Shown here: piece by piece, positions 63,773 to 64,000 of the stretch
Numbering within the stretch: the stretch's first letter is position 1
Layout: every line of letters starts with the position of its first letter
Source: an uncultured Chloroflexia bacterium
Lineage (GTDB): Bacteria > Chloroflexota > Chloroflexia > Thermomicrobiales > UBA6265
Direction: 5' to 3'
NCBI GenBank assembly: GCA_963724295.1
Contig: CAVRUC010000007.1
Span: 128,001 to 192,000 of the forward strand
DNA: 64,000 nt
Made by a program: the position numbers and the translations under genes
The notes under the pieces: model-generated
What the model was told of the DNA's origin: nothing
What the model saw: only the letters and a program-made list of their open reading frames with translations
Database searches by the model: none

Positions 63773-64000
63773 ATGGTCGCGCGCAAGCCGAGTCAGCGGA
63801 TCCGCATCCGCCTCAAAGCCTATGACCACAAGGTGCTCGACCAATCGGCGAGCAAGATCGTCGAGACAGCGGAATCGACCGGCGCAAAAGTCGCCGGTCC
63901 CATCCCGCTGCCGACTCGGATTGAGAAGTTCTGCGTGATCCGGTCGCCGTTTATCGACAAGGATTCGCAGGAGCAGTTCGAAATCCGGACACATAAGCGG
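63773..64000 (+). CDS. rpsJ: 30S ribosomal protein S10 (runs off window end)
   Basis: Manual translation: [26 protein letters not shown]...GPIPLPT...[20 protein letters not shown]. Confidence 0.97.
   Translation, partial: MVARKPSQRIRIRLKAYDHKVLDQSASKIVETAESTGAKVAGPIPLPTRIEKFCVIRSPFIDKDSQEQFEIRTHKR

Overview
High-GC bacterial chromosome segment, most likely Chloroflexota of the Thermomicrobiales type. This is inferred from the RpoC/RpsL insertions, the conserved SWIM-type hypothetical and the style of the 'MDDRSFD..RR' Tat peptide. Most of the window is housekeeping: dnaX (partial), rsmI, rodA, an ilvBNC-leuACDB operon with a clear leader-peptide attenuator, greA, CIRCE-groESL, five tRNAs, mdh, moeA, glpK, aroKB, adoK-ahcY-metK, aconitase X, mobA, miaB, coaBC, a sugar ABC transporter, rpoBC and rpsL-rpsG-fusA-tuf-rpsJ. 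The one accessory stretch (about 20.1-23.07 kb) abuts the 3' end of tRNA-Leu(TAA). It holds a Tat-exported peptide with two tandem C-C-CC-C-C (knottin-type) cysteine frameworks, a tyrosine-integrase C-terminal remnant and a split PIN-like/HEPN-like gene. Two unexplained structured intergenic RNAs stand out: a 6S-like rod after metK, and a terminator-containing leader before the SWIM gene. Nine single-base frameshifts were found, most with a 'both alleles inserted' look that suggests consensus artefacts rather than true pseudogenes. All calls come from reading the sequence by eye; no database search or folding program was run.
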